From Hormiphora californensis (taxonomy: Eukaryota > Animalia > Ctenophora): 64,000 nt of DNA. Shown piece by piece: positions 45,001 to 59,000 of the stretch (positions are counted from its first letter, which is position 1; each line of letters begins with the position of its first letter). Where the stretch lies: the NCBI GenBank assembly GCA_020137815.1, contig CM035350.1, forward strand, positions 2,480,001-2,544,000, written 5' to 3'. A program made the position numbers and the translations under genes. Below the pieces are notes generated by a model, which saw only the letters and a list, made by a program, of their open reading frames with translations, ran no database searches and was not told the DNA's origin.

Positions 45001-46771
45001 AATTCATTACAAGATGGAGAGCGTTCTGTCAGGATACATATGGAAACAGTCTAACGACTGCCATTGGAAGAAAGTGAGGGGAACGGTTTCATGTTATCCT
45101 CACATGCTGCTTGCGTCGGGAGGTAGGTGCTAGATATTTTAATCCCAAACTGATGGGGAATCAGTGATTATCCAACCACTTGTGTGAAAGAGAGCAAAAT
45201 AGTGCCCCATGGCTTCGTTACTAACGAAGCCATGGGGCAATATTTTGCTCTGTCGTCTGATATGTTTTACCGGTACTGTTGCCAGGGGGTGGTAGATTTA
45301 CCGAGAAACACCCGCCATTTATCAAAACTGGGGGGGGGGACCTTTATTTTACCCAATACAAGTTTCAAATGTTAACTTTTGCAGTTCAATTCCAAGCGGA
45401 TACTCCACTCCAGTTTCAATGCAAGATGGCATCTCCCGGTGATAAACACCAAAGCAACTTCATGAGGACGTTTACAAACATCTGTTATTGATTGTAAGTG
45501 TTAACTTTTATAGAACCAGCTTCACTTGTGCTATTTTCCGGGCTCCAATATACCGGAACCCTGATTACAGGGAGGATAATCTTCCCCGATATAGGAAATT
45601 AACATTAATTGTTGACCCGATTATTACGGCAATTTTGCCTGGCATAACCCTCCCCGAGCATGCCGGTAAAACTGTAGTTTTGTGAGAACAAGTCACTAAA
45701 TATATTTCTCCCTCAGGGTATCCTGCATTACAAAGTGCAACCGCTGAAGAGAGTAAAAGGAAAAACTGGAAACCGGTCACCACCACCCCCACAGGGAGAT
45801 TGGACCATGCTCCCCTGCCACGCTCAGTCGACTGAGTATTTCGTGGCTGACGAGCAAGGTTGTTAAACAATGCAGTGGCCACCTGCGGCAAATTGGCACA
45901 GTACTGATGATAAATGAAGATCGACCGAAAGGGAAGAGAATGAGGAGTTAGAGATTTGCTTCGGGGAACCAAGAGAAGGGTTGTGTGGAAGATGTAGACT
46001 TTGAGACAAGTGAGCAAGGAGAGGGGTATGAGAGTATGAGTGTGTGGGTAATTGATTATAATTATTGTTGTGTTAGAGATTTGAGACAACCAGTTTTTTT
46101 AATTCTTTGTTTGTAACTAATTTGTAACTACATTTTGATTTCAATTCCAGCTCGCAAAATAATTTAACTTGCGATCTCTAAAAATCGACTGTTTCAATTT
46201 GAACTGATTTAAAATGTCATAAAATTCCATAGCAACTATTGGCAGATGTTTCATCTCTGCACGTGCAAATTCTTTCTTCTTCTCATTGGTTTCCAGACAT
46301 TTATTTACCCCCACTTTGATAAAGTACAACTCAAGTCACCCCATCACTGATTCATTCTTCATATTAAAGCCAAGCTGCAGACCTGCTCGTGATTCGTTGA
46401 ACGGAATCTCAGCAAGATCTTCCAGCAATTCCTCCCTCATAGAGTCTCTCACAACACTCGCGCCCAAATATCGGTAAAACTCTTCTCGCGTTTCACCCGG
46501 TTTCTCCACTGCAGAATGCGCGTTTATATACAAAGGCCCATATGTGAGCATGGTGGGTGCGCGGCACCTCCAGCTCCCGCGCTTGTCACGTGGCGTCTTC
46601 CGTGCATCCCACTGGCTGCCGCCCCTCTCACCAACCAACCGTAATGGCTAATGATATGGTTCATTCTTTTTATTTACTAGTTAAGTAGCATATCAGGAGC
46701 CCAATTTAGCTAAGATCTGAGATGTATATTTCAATTTCAGAGTCGATTTGGCAAAAAAATAGCGCACCCTA
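39053..46771 (+). mobile_element. hAT-like DNA transposon, copy 1 (transposase frameshifted)
   Basis: GTGTGCAC|TAGCCCGTGC ... GCACCCTA|GTGTGCA(A)C. Same content as 52962-60848. Confidence 0.75.
39660..40780 (-). mobile_element. Degenerate RTE-like LINE 3' fragment nested in the hAT element (copy 1)
   Basis: Homologous to 53586-54720; retains a GRPKQTF...LMADR remnant. Confidence 0.6.
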
Positions 46772-47137
46772 GTGTGCAACTGTGCACCTGTGCAGTGTGT
46801 TGATAGTACCGAAAAAATATCAGTGACTTGCTGCTGCTGTGCTCTGATGCTCGCGGCGCTACCCAATTGTTAACAAACTGCATCCTCAAAACTTTAGACG
46901 TCACGCGCGATAATTCTTGCGGGGTGAAAGCAAAGCGGGGAAAACCAGGGCGCGGCGTGGGAAATGTTCCCACGGTGCGTGGGATTACGTAAGAGCTTTC
47001 ACTATTAAGGCATTTTATATGATCGATCGAGTCCGCGCGCGTAGGTGCGTGCGTCAGAGGGCATTTTTTAGCGCGTTAATTTATAAGTTTCTTTTATACA
47101 TTTAATAAGCACATAATCACGTGCACTCGTGTACGTG

Positions 47138-47408
47138 GGCGCGCGATTATAATCTGGGTGCCTTGCAGCCTGTTTACAGGTGCGCGCTACCAAAAGAGTA
47201 CACTTAGACCGACTTTTTTCAAACGGGCTATAGCCACGCAAACAATGGCAAATTGAGTAAACTAAACGGTATCTGTTAGAGAATCGATAGCCCTAACCGA
47301 TAACCCCAAACCAAACCCTAACCAGACCCTAACGGATAGCCAAACCGTTCGCGCGCGCCAAAAACTACGAATTGTAAGCAAGGGAGGCACCCAGATTTTA
47401 ACGTTTCC
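47138..47408. mobile_element. 9-bp-TSD MITE with telomere-like interior (duplicate of 61213-61485)
   Basis: GGGCGCG..ATTATAATCTGGGTGCC ... GGCACCCAGATTTTAACGTTTCC with internal CCCTAACC motifs. Confidence 0.75.
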
Positions 47409-48789
47409 CGTTACGTGACTCGATTAACAAAATATTTTTGTCGTTCAAAATTTACGGTCAGCGTGTTTTGGGAGTGCTGACAAACGGTTTTTTAGGGTTA
47501 GGGCTAAAGTAGGGTTAGGGTTAGGGTTGGGGTTTGGGTTGGGGTTAGGCCTTGCATTCCCTACCAGATAAACTTTGAATCAGCCAAACGGTTGAGTGGT
47601 TTGGCGGTTAGAGCATTTTAGTGAATCAACTTTTTTGGCAGCGCGCACCTGTAAACAGGCCTCCAAAACACCCAGATCGTAACGGCGCCCAAAAACTTTA
47701 CAACCAGGCTATCACTAAGAACTCTGTCGTCACATTCTCCAGTTAGGGAAGGCATAGGGAATGGAAGAAACGATTGGTGAAAACAAGATGACAGAACTCT
47801 GGAAGTGCTAGAACGAAAGAACGCTGCTGAACTGGAGGACTGTAATAGGAAACTGGAGAGGTCAGAAAAAACGCTAGCACGTTCAAAGAAGAAGTCGACA
47901 AGATACGGGTTAGCAAGGATTGATTGCAAGGAAGCTGATAGAAGCACAAAATAGTTTATTGAAAGTACAAAAAGGTGAAAACAACTCGATGTCAGAGTCG
48001 TCCAAAAGCAGTTGCATGGACTACTCCAAGGTCCTTGTACAGAATTGTTAGCTGTATTGCTCCATCTCGCCTGAAGGAAGCATGGAAGAAGGCGAACAGT
48101 TTCCTCTCCCCCAACTGAAAGACAACCTCCGGATAGAAAGCTGACTGGTTAATTTGGGCTCCAAAGAAACCACGCCAGGGCTACTAATCATGACAGTTCG
48201 GATATCTTTGCTGAGCTAAATGAGAAACCTGTCGTGACCTCCACAAAAGCGGGTTGGCCCTAAGGACTGATGACCGAGCGAGACCTGTTATCGTCACCCT
48301 TGAAAGAAGGGAATCCTTGCTGCAGCTTCTTCGGAAAGCAAGCAGCTGCAGAGTTCAGAGAATTTTCATTCCGTTTTCTCTTCCCGACCTATCAACAGAC
48401 GAAAAAGCGAGAGCGGAAATCTCTTGTTGATACTCTGAAAGAACTAAAACGAGATAATCCGAATGGAAGTTATTGGATTAGTAAGGGGGTCATTAAATGT
48501 GGGCTAAGTGAACTCTAACCATTGAATTTTTAATCGAAAGGACTATCCAAATGCCCACAAAAGGGGCGTATATGTTGAGTTATGCAATGTATACATTTTT
48601 AGATTTAATAATAAAAATAATTAAACTTAAAATTATAATCGGGCACCGGGGTGTTAGATTGCACACTTACTGCTAATTACATCTCACATGCTAACAATTT
48701 TATGGAATGTGAAAGAATTAAAAATTTCGTGTCTGGTTTATATAAAATACAAAGTTCCAACCTCCAACAGTGAACTACCAACGTCCAAC

Positions 48790-49320
48790 CAAGTTCAACA
48801 TGTGCAGAAATCTCGCGGCCCTTACAGCAAATGAGTGGAAGTATTTTGTTGAGCATGACTTCTGTGCTCCACTGTTATAAAGAGTAGGTACTTCGGCTCG
48901 GACGCGGAGCCGTTGATGATGGTAAAACCGGGTATTCGTGCTATTAGGTGCTGCACCATTATATATTTTCCACATTTGTATAATCGAATATCGCTCCCGC
49001 CGTCGTTGTAATGACATAAGTCTAAGCTTTTTCAGCCGTTCCCGATAGTCAAGTAGTGCCATGTCTTCGATCCGTCGAGTAAACTGTCTCTGGATGCTTT
49101 CCAGAGACTGGATGTTACCAATCTTGTAGGGCGAGCACAAAGACGAGCACAAGATTACAAGATTACAAGATTAAAAGTTAAAACAGAATTTATAATGTCA
49201 ACAAAATCAAAATCCGCTTATAAGGTAGTGGATGACCTCAAACTTGTCCTCATGGAGTGTCATAAAATTGGCTGCAGACCACTCCACCACACGCTGAAGA
49301 TCCTCTTGCATTTCTGCTCC
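48790..49320 (-). mobile_element. Degenerate CR1-clade LINE RT fragment, interrupted by a short (TAATCTTG)n LINE tail at ~49149-49206
   Basis: QEDLQRVVEWSAANFMTLHEDKFEVIHY and SPYKIGNIQSLESIQRQFTRRI..LDYRERLKKLRLMSLQRRRERY are CR1-type ORF2 C-terminal motifs. Confidence 0.75.
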
Positions 49321-49465
49321 TGATTCTCTCAAATAAGGAGCGTGAGAACTGTGGTCAGAACTCAGAGCATTGGCCTGACAGGGGGTCAAACAGGTGGCTG
49401 CCCGCTGCGAATACACATGCCGTGTAATACAGAGAGTGAGAAATGTTAGTCGTCAAAGCGGGGAA

Positions 49466-49738
49466 GGAAAACGTTAAAATCTGGGTGCCTTTCATTGCTA
49501 ACATTTCGTAGTTTTGGTGCGCGCGACGGGTTAGGGCTATCCGTTAGGGTCTGGTTAGGGTTTGATTTGGGGTTATCGGTTAGGGCTATCGATTCTCTAA
49601 CTGATACCCTTTAGTTTACTCAAATCGGCCATGTGGTTCCATGGCTATAGCCGTTTGAAAAATGTCGGTCTAAGTATACTCTTTTGGTAGCGCGCACCTG
49701 TGAACAGGCTGCAAGGCACCCAGATTATAATCGCGCCC
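49466..49738. mobile_element. 9-bp-TSD MITE, independent insertion in reverse orientation
   Basis: AGCGGGGAA|GGAAAACGTTAAAATCTGGGTGCC ... GGCACCCAGATTATAATCGCGCCC|AGCGGGGAA. Confidence 0.85.
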
Positions 49739-50985
49739 AGCGGGGAACGGAAAAATAAAAAAGGCACTTATAGTGGAAGCTCTTACGGTAATTCCCACGA
49801 GCGTGGGAAATTCTCACGCTGCGCGCATTTTTCCCACGCCGAAAGCATATACAGTGCTGACAAAACATCTGGACTGCGCGTGGATTTCTCAAATTTATCG
49901 TTTCTTCGATTCAGTTTTTACAAAGCTTCTTTGATTCGTCGTTTCCCTACATAAAATAAAGACATTCAAATGGGTCTGCAGGCTGTAGCTGCTGATGATC
50001 ACCTCCTAACAGGTAACACAAGATAAAGAATTGCCCTTCTGTACTCTGTAGTAATCGTAAATTGGGATTGGAGCACCATTCTTTTTGTTTTTTTTCCCAT
50101 TTTTCTTTTCTTTCTCCGGTTTTTTGGCCTCGCGGACACCCGGACACCCACGATTGCCGTCCCTATGTCTCACGAGGGAGCACTGAGAATCTACAAAAAT
50201 GTTAAGAAAAGATTCCTAACTGTGAAGATACGGCCCTACAGAGAGACTAGATCGAATGGTACGGTACCATTGGTACTATGTAACCTGATCACACACTAGA
50301 TTATAGAATAGGTAGGTGCCCCGTTGGGGTTTTCCACTGGAAACTTATAATCAACAAATCCTTGCTTATACAAAGTATGAATAATGGACCCCTCCCTTTG
50401 GTAGGGTTTTACACCATGTACCACCCTCCCTGCTTCGCAGGTCGGCCAGTATATGGTGCAGCGAATCACCCTAGCGGGTGACCCGCTACATATAAACCCA
50501 GGTTTATTGATTACATATCCATCACCAGGTCCTGATCCTCTCTTCACCAGATCTAGTCTTCACTGACCTCACCTCTTCCCCCAGGTCTAATATACCAAGA
50601 TGGCCGTCTCCGGTCGGGTGACGTTGTCCCTGCAATAAACGATGTTCCCGTTAGTGGCCTATCATTCGAACAGGCAGCATACTACGACAATGCAAGAATA
50701 GGGTCCGACTAACTGTAATGAATGCCACTCTTGTCCAGTGCCCCCATCCGATGCAGAGCTGGAGATGCTCTTTAATATCGGGGATGGAGATAGCAGTGCA
50801 CTTACCACTCATGAGTAAGTTTCAGATCACACGTTGCTACTTGCTATAATCTCTTACCAGTTCCAGTATCGATCAAATCACCCCCCCCCTGCCTTGCCTT
50901 GTTCGACCTTGTTGCACTGTAGGCTAAGTTACACTATAGTAGCTGAAAAGTTACTCCGCCGTGATTAGGGAGGGAGAATTATTAG

Positions 50986-51490
50986 AGATGGAGATGGAGA
51001 TGAAGAAGGAGATGGAGATGGGGATGGAGATGGAGAGATGGAGAGATGGAGAGATGGAGAGATGGAGAGATGGAGAGATGGAGAGATGGAGAGATGGAGA
51101 GATGGAGAGATGGAGAGATGGAGAGATGGAGAGATGGAGAGATGGAGAGATGGAGAGATGGAGAGATGGAGAGATGGAGAGATGGAGAGATGGAGAGATG
51201 GAGAGATGGAGAGATGGAGAGATGGAGAGATGGAGAGATGGAGAGATGGAGAGATGGAGAGATGGAGAGATGGAGAGATGGAGAGATGGAGAGATGGAGA
51301 GATGGAGAGATGGAGAGATGGAGAGATGGAGAGATGGAGAGATGGAGAGATGGAGAGATGGAGAGATGGAGAGATGGAGAGATGGAGAGATGGAGAGATG
51401 GAGAGATGGAGAGATGGAGAGATGGAGAGATGGAGAGATGGAGAGATGGAGAGATGGAGAGATGGAGAGATGGAGAGATGGAGAGATGGA
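50986..51490. repeat. (GATGGAGA)n octamer microsatellite
   Basis: Near-perfect 8-bp repeats. Confidence 0.97.
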
Positions 51491-53585
51491 GCAGCGTTTA
51501 GTGCCCGGTTTCATAGTCTTTCTTTTGAATGGGATTCTTGTTGTGTGTGTTTACAAATTTTTAGGAGGGTCAGAACTCAGAACATAACAACCTGCTCACA
51601 CTCCCCTGATACCGAGTGCAGATCTCTCTAAACCCTGTTCCTCCTCTAGATTTGACGATCAGTAAAACTCTACATTACGAACAAATAGTGACGGTGACAC
51701 TAGTTCGGCAGGCTCTTGGCATCACCATTCTTCATTCAGGGAGGTAGCGACACACTCCAGAGCTGTATCAGGGTGTTGAGTAGTCCTGCAGTGGCGACTG
51801 AGATTATCCCTAAGGATACACTGCTCAGTGTAGCTGGTGAGTACTGAACCTGATTGTCTTGTTCCACCCTGCTTCACCACGCCGCGATCAAATGTAACAT
51901 AAGAATTAAGAACATTGTCGAGGAGAATTCAGGCGAGGAAATAAAAGGGAATTTTTACACAATCATACATACCTAGATATGTAATAACAGCTCTCCTTGT
52001 AGGTCCTGACTAACTGTACCCACGACCGAGCACTAGAGATAATGAGAGAGGCTCCCATTCAAACCACATTAAAGTTGCCCCGCCACTTCGGATCCCGGCC
52101 AGATGAGAGGTACAAAATTATCGATTCTGATAGAGGCCCACCCCATGTGACACATTAAGATAAGGAAGGAAGCGGAGAAGGCTGAAATCATCCCTTCTCA
52201 GAAGAGATGATTTGTGTCTCTTTCTCAGCTAGACTGTTGTCTTTTTGAATAGTCGATAAACCAAATTATAAAAGGAGCATGGTCCTGGACGCACTTTTGA
52301 CTAACATTCCCTCCCCCTCCCAGGATTCTGCCGAGTACAGCTGGTTACAACACCCTCTCTAGACGATTAATATCATCCCATCTACAAGATATGTGTATCT
52401 AAGATCGATGCCTGGAATCAGCCGTTATCCCATAATAATATAACGGAATTCGACTAACTACGGTACGGACATCGGACACGTCTACTAAAGTTAGACACGG
52501 AGATATCACTGTCCGCATTCCCTACAAGATGCTGCTGTAAATTGAGATTTATAGGACTATAATTATCGTTAGATTAGGATATCACGAACTCTTTTTACCA
52601 TGTTCTAGGGTTTGAACAAAACCAAACTCTTTATCATTTTGAGAATATTACATATTGTGATCGATAAGTAGTGTCCAGAAAGATAGCAATTGTTTGTGAT
52701 CTGTCTTCTTAGAATTTTGCGTTCATTTTGTTATAAATCCAGCTAATTAAAGAATATTCGTTTTGTACCCAATATATCAATTAGGAATGTTTCGGCGAAG
52801 GGTAAAACTTTCATACTTTATCGTTGTAATTAGACGACGCTGGGGCTGGTTACAGCCATGACAGCACTCTTGGCCTGGTTTCCCTTCCACCGAACTGTTC
52901 CTCATTGATGTTCCAACGCCAATGATGCAATCCATTGGTGCAATGTGTCATGTGTGTGCACTAGCCCGTGCTAAGTGAATTCGTTTTTTTTCATAGCAAT
53001 TCGGTATCTAGTTGAGGTAAAACTATGGACAATTTCACGGAAGCTAGTGAAATCAGAATTTCAATAGCATTAATAGATTACGTTGGCATCGCATTTAAAA
53101 AAGTTAAGTTTTTACTTAAAATCGGCTGAAATGTTTAATAACTCAGCCAATTCTGCGCTGCATATTTCCCATTTTAAACGTACGCGGCGAAATTTTGGTG
53201 CAAAGCGCTGCATTTTGAGCGCGCACCGCTTTTTTCAAAAACACAAATTTCAGCCTGAACTTCGAACTTTTTTAAGTCGAAATTTGAAAAATGCTCCGAT
53301 ATCACACAGTGTGAAAGGTCAGAAGGGTTCGCAACATACGCCAAACTCAAAGAAAAGCTCGATCGCGAGGCATTTTTGTTCTTTTTCTTAAGTCGAATTC
53401 TACCGAATATGGTAGCATGAGCTACAGTTCCACCGAGCGCTACTGGCCCCTCTGAAGACGGGCCTACGACACCAATCAAATTATCTCTCCGTAATCCGCA
53501 TTCAAACTTCTTCGCACATCCCATTTAACTGCATCCAAGATGAAGTTTACAAAATTGATACACTGTATCTGATCTCATCGTTAAT

Positions 53586-54720
53586 ATGGCTAGCTATTGG
53601 ATAACAATTGACTTACTTGAATTCCACGTGTGGTATTTCCGAAATCCATTCATAACAGTTCTCCACTCTACACGATCGGCCATCAAAGAAGCAGTTTGGG
53701 AGGTTTCCCTGAGTCCCGTGTTTCGCCGCAGTACATCCACAAATGACAAAAGTCTGTTTTGGTCGCCCTAGTCTGGAGATTCCCAAAGCGTTAGTTCCGG
53801 ATGGCGTGCAGCATGGTCGGCGAGCCTCAGTCTCCTTTCAGCGATCTTGGTGCTGAGAATAGGCAGTTTCCCAATACCATACAATGCGGCATAGCTCATC
53901 TTGAGGAGGTACTGGTTCTTATTTGGTGCCATGTGGGTAACAGGGAGACGAAAGTAACACCGCAACGTTTTCAAATGACCTTATCAGTGCGAAGACCGTA
54001 TCCGCTTACTACGCAAGTAGCTGTGCCGAAAACTCTACATTTGCACGTGCAGTTACCAGGGTAGTCAACAAGCGTTGGTTGCTACTTAGGAGCCAGTTAA
54101 GCTACACGTGCAACTACCATATCACACAATTTGCCGCGATTCCGTTCTCTTTTCTGCAACCGGTGAACCAGCGTCCAGCAGCCATCAAGCCCTGCCATCT
54201 CGAAGTAGTGAAAATCTGGAGAAACAAAGAAGGTAGGCCCCAAAGGCTTCCTTTAGAAATGTATTTCTTGTTATCGTCTTCGTGTACAAGTTACACAGGT
54301 GTCAGTTCCTCACAGAGCCTCCCCTCCCTGGAAACTATCTGTATCCAGTCCAAGATTGTATTTCCTGAGATATCGGCAATCGATCGCCATTGAACGGGCG
54401 CCACACTTTTCGCTTTTCTGTGCTTTTCGACTGAATTTGTAAACTTTATTAAGCAAGATGTTTTCACTAACACCTAAAATTCATATCTCTTTAGATAGCA
54501 TATGCCAAAAGAACCAACCAAGAGACAAACCCTGCAGGAGTATTTCCCTCCTAATGGAACACTTCCTTCCGAGCCAACCGTTGCAGATGCGATGTCCCTG
54601 TACCACCATCTCTATACGAGAAGTGCAGGACAGTACGGCAACTACCTACAGACTGCCCGATCCATTAACGAACAAATGAACAGCAACACCCCAGAGAAGA
54701 ATATAGCAAAGTAAGTAGTA
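53586..54720 (-). mobile_element. Degenerate RTE-like LINE 3' fragment nested in the hAT element (copy 2)
   Basis: LYGIGKLPILSTKIAERRLRLADHAARHPEL resembles the RTE-clade ORF2 C-terminus. There are many frameshifts and the boundaries are approximate. Confidence 0.65.
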
Positions 54721-56042
54721 ACCGTGTGTTAGTGTGTGTATTATATGTGTATCTGTGTGACACGGGTTGAAACGGTTTGTGTGTGTATATGTGTGTACGT
54801 GTGTGTTGTCGTATATCATTCTAGTTTTTGTTTCTTAAACAGTATCCTTCCCTCCTCAGCGTACTTCAAAAATGGCACAAGAAGGCAAATAAGTTAGCGG
54901 GCCTGAAAAAACAGACGAGCATTGACAAGATGAGAGGTTCATTCAACAAAAAACTTATTCTTGTGTAAGTGGGAAAATGGGTCTTCAAAACTCAGCATCT
55001 TTCATCATGTGGTATGTGATTTTTGATTAGGGATATGAAAACAAATAAAATATCATTTAATTACCTAACCAAACTACAAACATTTATCGGACAAGGGCGC
55101 CACTTTTATCTCGCAGCCATGTCAGTTGCTTCAGCAATATTACAAAAAGTAACACCGAATTTGGTACGTTGGTAGTTGCTCAACCCTTACTTAGCCCGAC
55201 TTAGCCATGCTTAATTCAAAGTTGTCAACCCCTCCCCGACCTTTTGAACTGGCGGTCCGGGTCCGATTTTTTCTGACACACGCAAAAACAGAATAGTGTG
55301 GCTCTCTCCCTCTCTAGCCCCCCTCTGCTCCTCCATGGGGAACTTTTATTGGATACTTGGTTGTGACAGAAAGAAGAGATAGACTGCCCCTTTCATCATG
55401 AGCGAGAAACTAGAGAGAGAAACCTACCGATCCTCCCTTGAATGCCCCATGTATTTATTGCTATCAGTTTCACACCTCCCCTTGTTGCAAAGAGTTCGGC
55501 TTCTTTACGGAGAGTAAGACTGGGGATGTAAGTGAGAGATACTTGTCGTAGGGCGCCGTTCTATGCTCCCCTTTCTGCTCGCGATCACCCGAACCGCCAG
55601 TATATAAGAACACAGAGTGTAGGGTTAAGCGACTACCCACTTGCCCCGAAGGTTTAATGTATCGGCCTCCCTTTACCCTCACACCTTCCTCGGTAGATCT
55701 CTCAGTGGTTCAAGGGTAAAAGGAGACCGTCACGCTTAAAAGCAATAACAATTCCTCCTAACATTTCAGTAAAATTAACAAGAATTCAGATGGGTGAATA
55801 TATATCATAAATCACTCATTATATACATATATATATATATGCATATATAATGGGATGTGGATCTTTACAAGTTCGGGGCTCATATCACTAAGGATTTGAA
55901 AGGGTGGGAGTTGCATTTCATTGCATCTTCATCGCTCAAACACTACGTTCGAGGTGAGTTAAAATATTCCCACAATTTGTGCTTCCTGATTCGTGGTATG
56001 TGTTAAAAACATGACTGGTATTTAAACAAAGTTTATTCACAG

Positions 56043-59000
56043 GTTTACTGTTGTGATCCAATATACCAATGAACTACCGGAAGACCCACCTATGGAGGCC
56101 GATGAGGTTCCCCTTGATGAAACCCCGGTCCAAGCTGATGTGGAGCACCAAATAAGGTTTCTTTGTTGTCCCATGGAAATATATATTTATACAGTTATGG
56201 ATATGTTACAAATAACAAGACAGACAGTTCAATTTGAAATTATATTTCCTATCAGGATCGATTCTGGTTGCCAAACTGAAGATTTTGACCCACCTATGGA
56301 GGCCGATGAGGTTCCCCTTGATGAAACCCCGGTCCAAGCTGATGTGGAGCACCAAATAAGGTTTCTTTGTTGTCCCATGGAAATATATATTTATACAGTT
56401 ATGGAAATGTTACAAATAACAAGACAGACAGTTCGATTTGAAATTATATTTCCTATCAGGATCGATTCTGGTTGCCAAACTGAAGATTTTGACCCACCTA
56501 TGGAGGCCGATGAGGTTCCCCTTGATGAAACCCCGGTCCAAGCTGATGTGGAGCACCAAATAAGGTTTCTTTGTTGTCCCATGGAAATATATATTTATAC
56601 AGTTATGGATATGTTACAAATAACAAGACAGACAGTTCAATTTGAAATTATATTTCCTATCAGGATCGATTCTGGTTGCCAAACTGAAGATTTTGATGTT
56701 ACTTCCAACTCCTTCCCTGAAACGCCTGTCTCTTCAAGGTACGTCACGTGACACCCATTATTCTATGAACCGATTTGCCCCATACATGTGCCACTTTGCC
56801 CCGTAGACTTTGCCCCAGTTTACCCTATACTAGTATTGCAATACAATATATTGGTCCTGTAATTGCAAAATTAGTTTTAGTTGTAAAAGGTTTTCAAGTG
56901 AATTTACAATAACACCAATCTTACCTTCTAAGAGAGACGTCTGCAAGGCCAAGACGAAATATAAGCCCTCCCAACTACAGCATAATAGCCTCTGATGGAA
57001 ATGATTCCGAGGTAAGATCCAGAAAGTATTTCACTGGTCTTTAAGAAAGGAGCTAAGGTGGTTTTAACAGACTTTCTACCTTTTTCTCATTTTCAGTGTT
57101 CGACACGTGCAACACGGTCTTACAACACCGACGATCTCAGTGACGTTGCATCTGCTATGCTGCGTTATAATTACGGGTCAAGAAGCTTGTCGGACACCCT
57201 TACAAGAAACAACTTTTCTCATGGGTACAGCTCTGTAGTCAAATCATCGAAACTACGCTCTACAGCTTCCCGGCTGCAATTGGCGAAAGTAAAGGAACTC
57301 GAGGGCTTTCAGCCACTAAGTAAGTACAACTATGAGCTAAGCATTTAAATAGCTGCTCACCAAGTGGGTTAACCTCGATTTTCTCCTTTATAACGATGCC
57401 CAATAAAACGATTCCAACTCTTCCATTTTGTCCGGACCAAACCCCGAAAATGACTTTATAGACCCCATCCCCCCCTTTGTAGTGTACTTTCGATCAATGT
57501 CTATCTACTGATACATTTCAGTGCTCTCTTGGGATGGAGGCGAAGATGAGACTCTGATTGAGAAAGGGACACGGATGGAGAAGAGGCATCATATTACCTT
57601 AGTAGCTCAGCCCGGAAAACGACCACTGGGGTTCTTTCATGTTGAGGACAAATCTGGTAAGCTCTAGTTGCTGTTTATTAATTCCAGCTTTGATTGATAA
57701 TTTCTTGTTCAGTATAGAAGTAGAGAAATTTATAAACTCCCATATTTCAGCTGCAGTTTTGATTGAGGGGTTGTTGGATCATTTTGGCCTCCTCAATATG
57801 GATTTCGATGAAATTCGAGCTGTATTGAGTGATGGGGAGAACGCCAATACTGGTGGAAAGGTAAGTTGGAGTAACCCTTTCGGTAAAGTTGTATGCAATT
57901 TTAGCTGATTGACAGTTAGAGGTGCTCTCTATAATATCATACCCATAGAAATTCTCTATTTAACACGAAAAAAAAACTTTCCAGGAAGAACCTAATGGAG
58001 GAGGAATCAGTAAGTTGGAGAGGGAACTGAAGAGGCCATTGCTTCGGGTAGTGTGCCTTTTGCACACTACGGAAATCATGATGAAGGCATTTTTCGAGAT
58101 TTTGGACGGCCAGACTAAAGGTTAGAAATTCAGTTTCCTATTAATTAACATTTTGAATCTAATTGAATAATTTATTTCTCACTGTATATTATTTAAATCA
58201 CATTCTAATCACAAAATTGTCACTTTAGGTAACAAATCCTTCAAGGGAGATCTGGCCAAGTTCATGGTCGACGATGAGGTGCTGCAGGGAAGAGGTCCTT
58301 TCGACCCATATGGAGATTACGATATAACATTAGAAGGAATTGAGGAAGACCAGATATCAAAGGACGCCATGACCCTCTACAAATTAGCAATGGCTGTTCG
58401 TGAAGGTAAGAATTAGTTTGCGACTTTCGATAAGTAAACAATTGTTATGGCCAGCCACTGGCCAACCGTTTCGTACTGCATTCCATAACATTGTGATCCT
58501 CCTTTCAGGGGTCCTCGATCCAAAGCTGGGCGAGCGGAAACTTATAGAGATGAATACGGTGAGGTGGACCTCGACCGCACAGCGAGCCTTGCGGTTATAT
58601 ATGGCCGGCCATCCTTCATCAAAGACCGCTAAACTAAAACTTCTTGTTGCCTTTATCATCGACATTTATGTGCCGGTAAGTTTTTTTGTTATTTCTTTGT
58701 GCTGATCTCATTTTCAATATAAGGGAGTGTATGTTACGTGTTACAAGTTGTTACAGAAGGTGACCAAAAAATTTGGTCACTTGTCTAGTACTAAAGTTAA
58801 GTTTACATATATTTCTATTGGGTTGAGCCTAAGAAACTTTTTCATGATGTTTTAGACAATATATCAGCTCAGAATTGAGTGTTCGGTGCGTTTTTAAGTT
58901 ATATAAATGATGTAAAACTTTGTACGTGTTACAAAGTGTAATGTATCACCCCCAATTCTTGCTTAACACCTCTTATTTATCTCAGATGCATCTCGCAATC

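Larger units (their letters stand above)
37603..48648. repeat. ~11-kb duplicated segment, copy 1 (indel-rich)
   Basis: Colinear with 51491-62734. The differences are mostly 1-bp deletions. Confidence 0.93.

Noticed and set aside
39053-46771. Second hAT copy as evidence of active transposition
   Set aside because: It has the same TSD and flanks as 52962-60848, so it comes from the segmental or assembly duplication.
50951-51631. ERWRDGEM / SPSLHLSI repeat proteins (also 37132-37797)
   Set aside because: Translation of the (GATGGAGA)n microsatellite.
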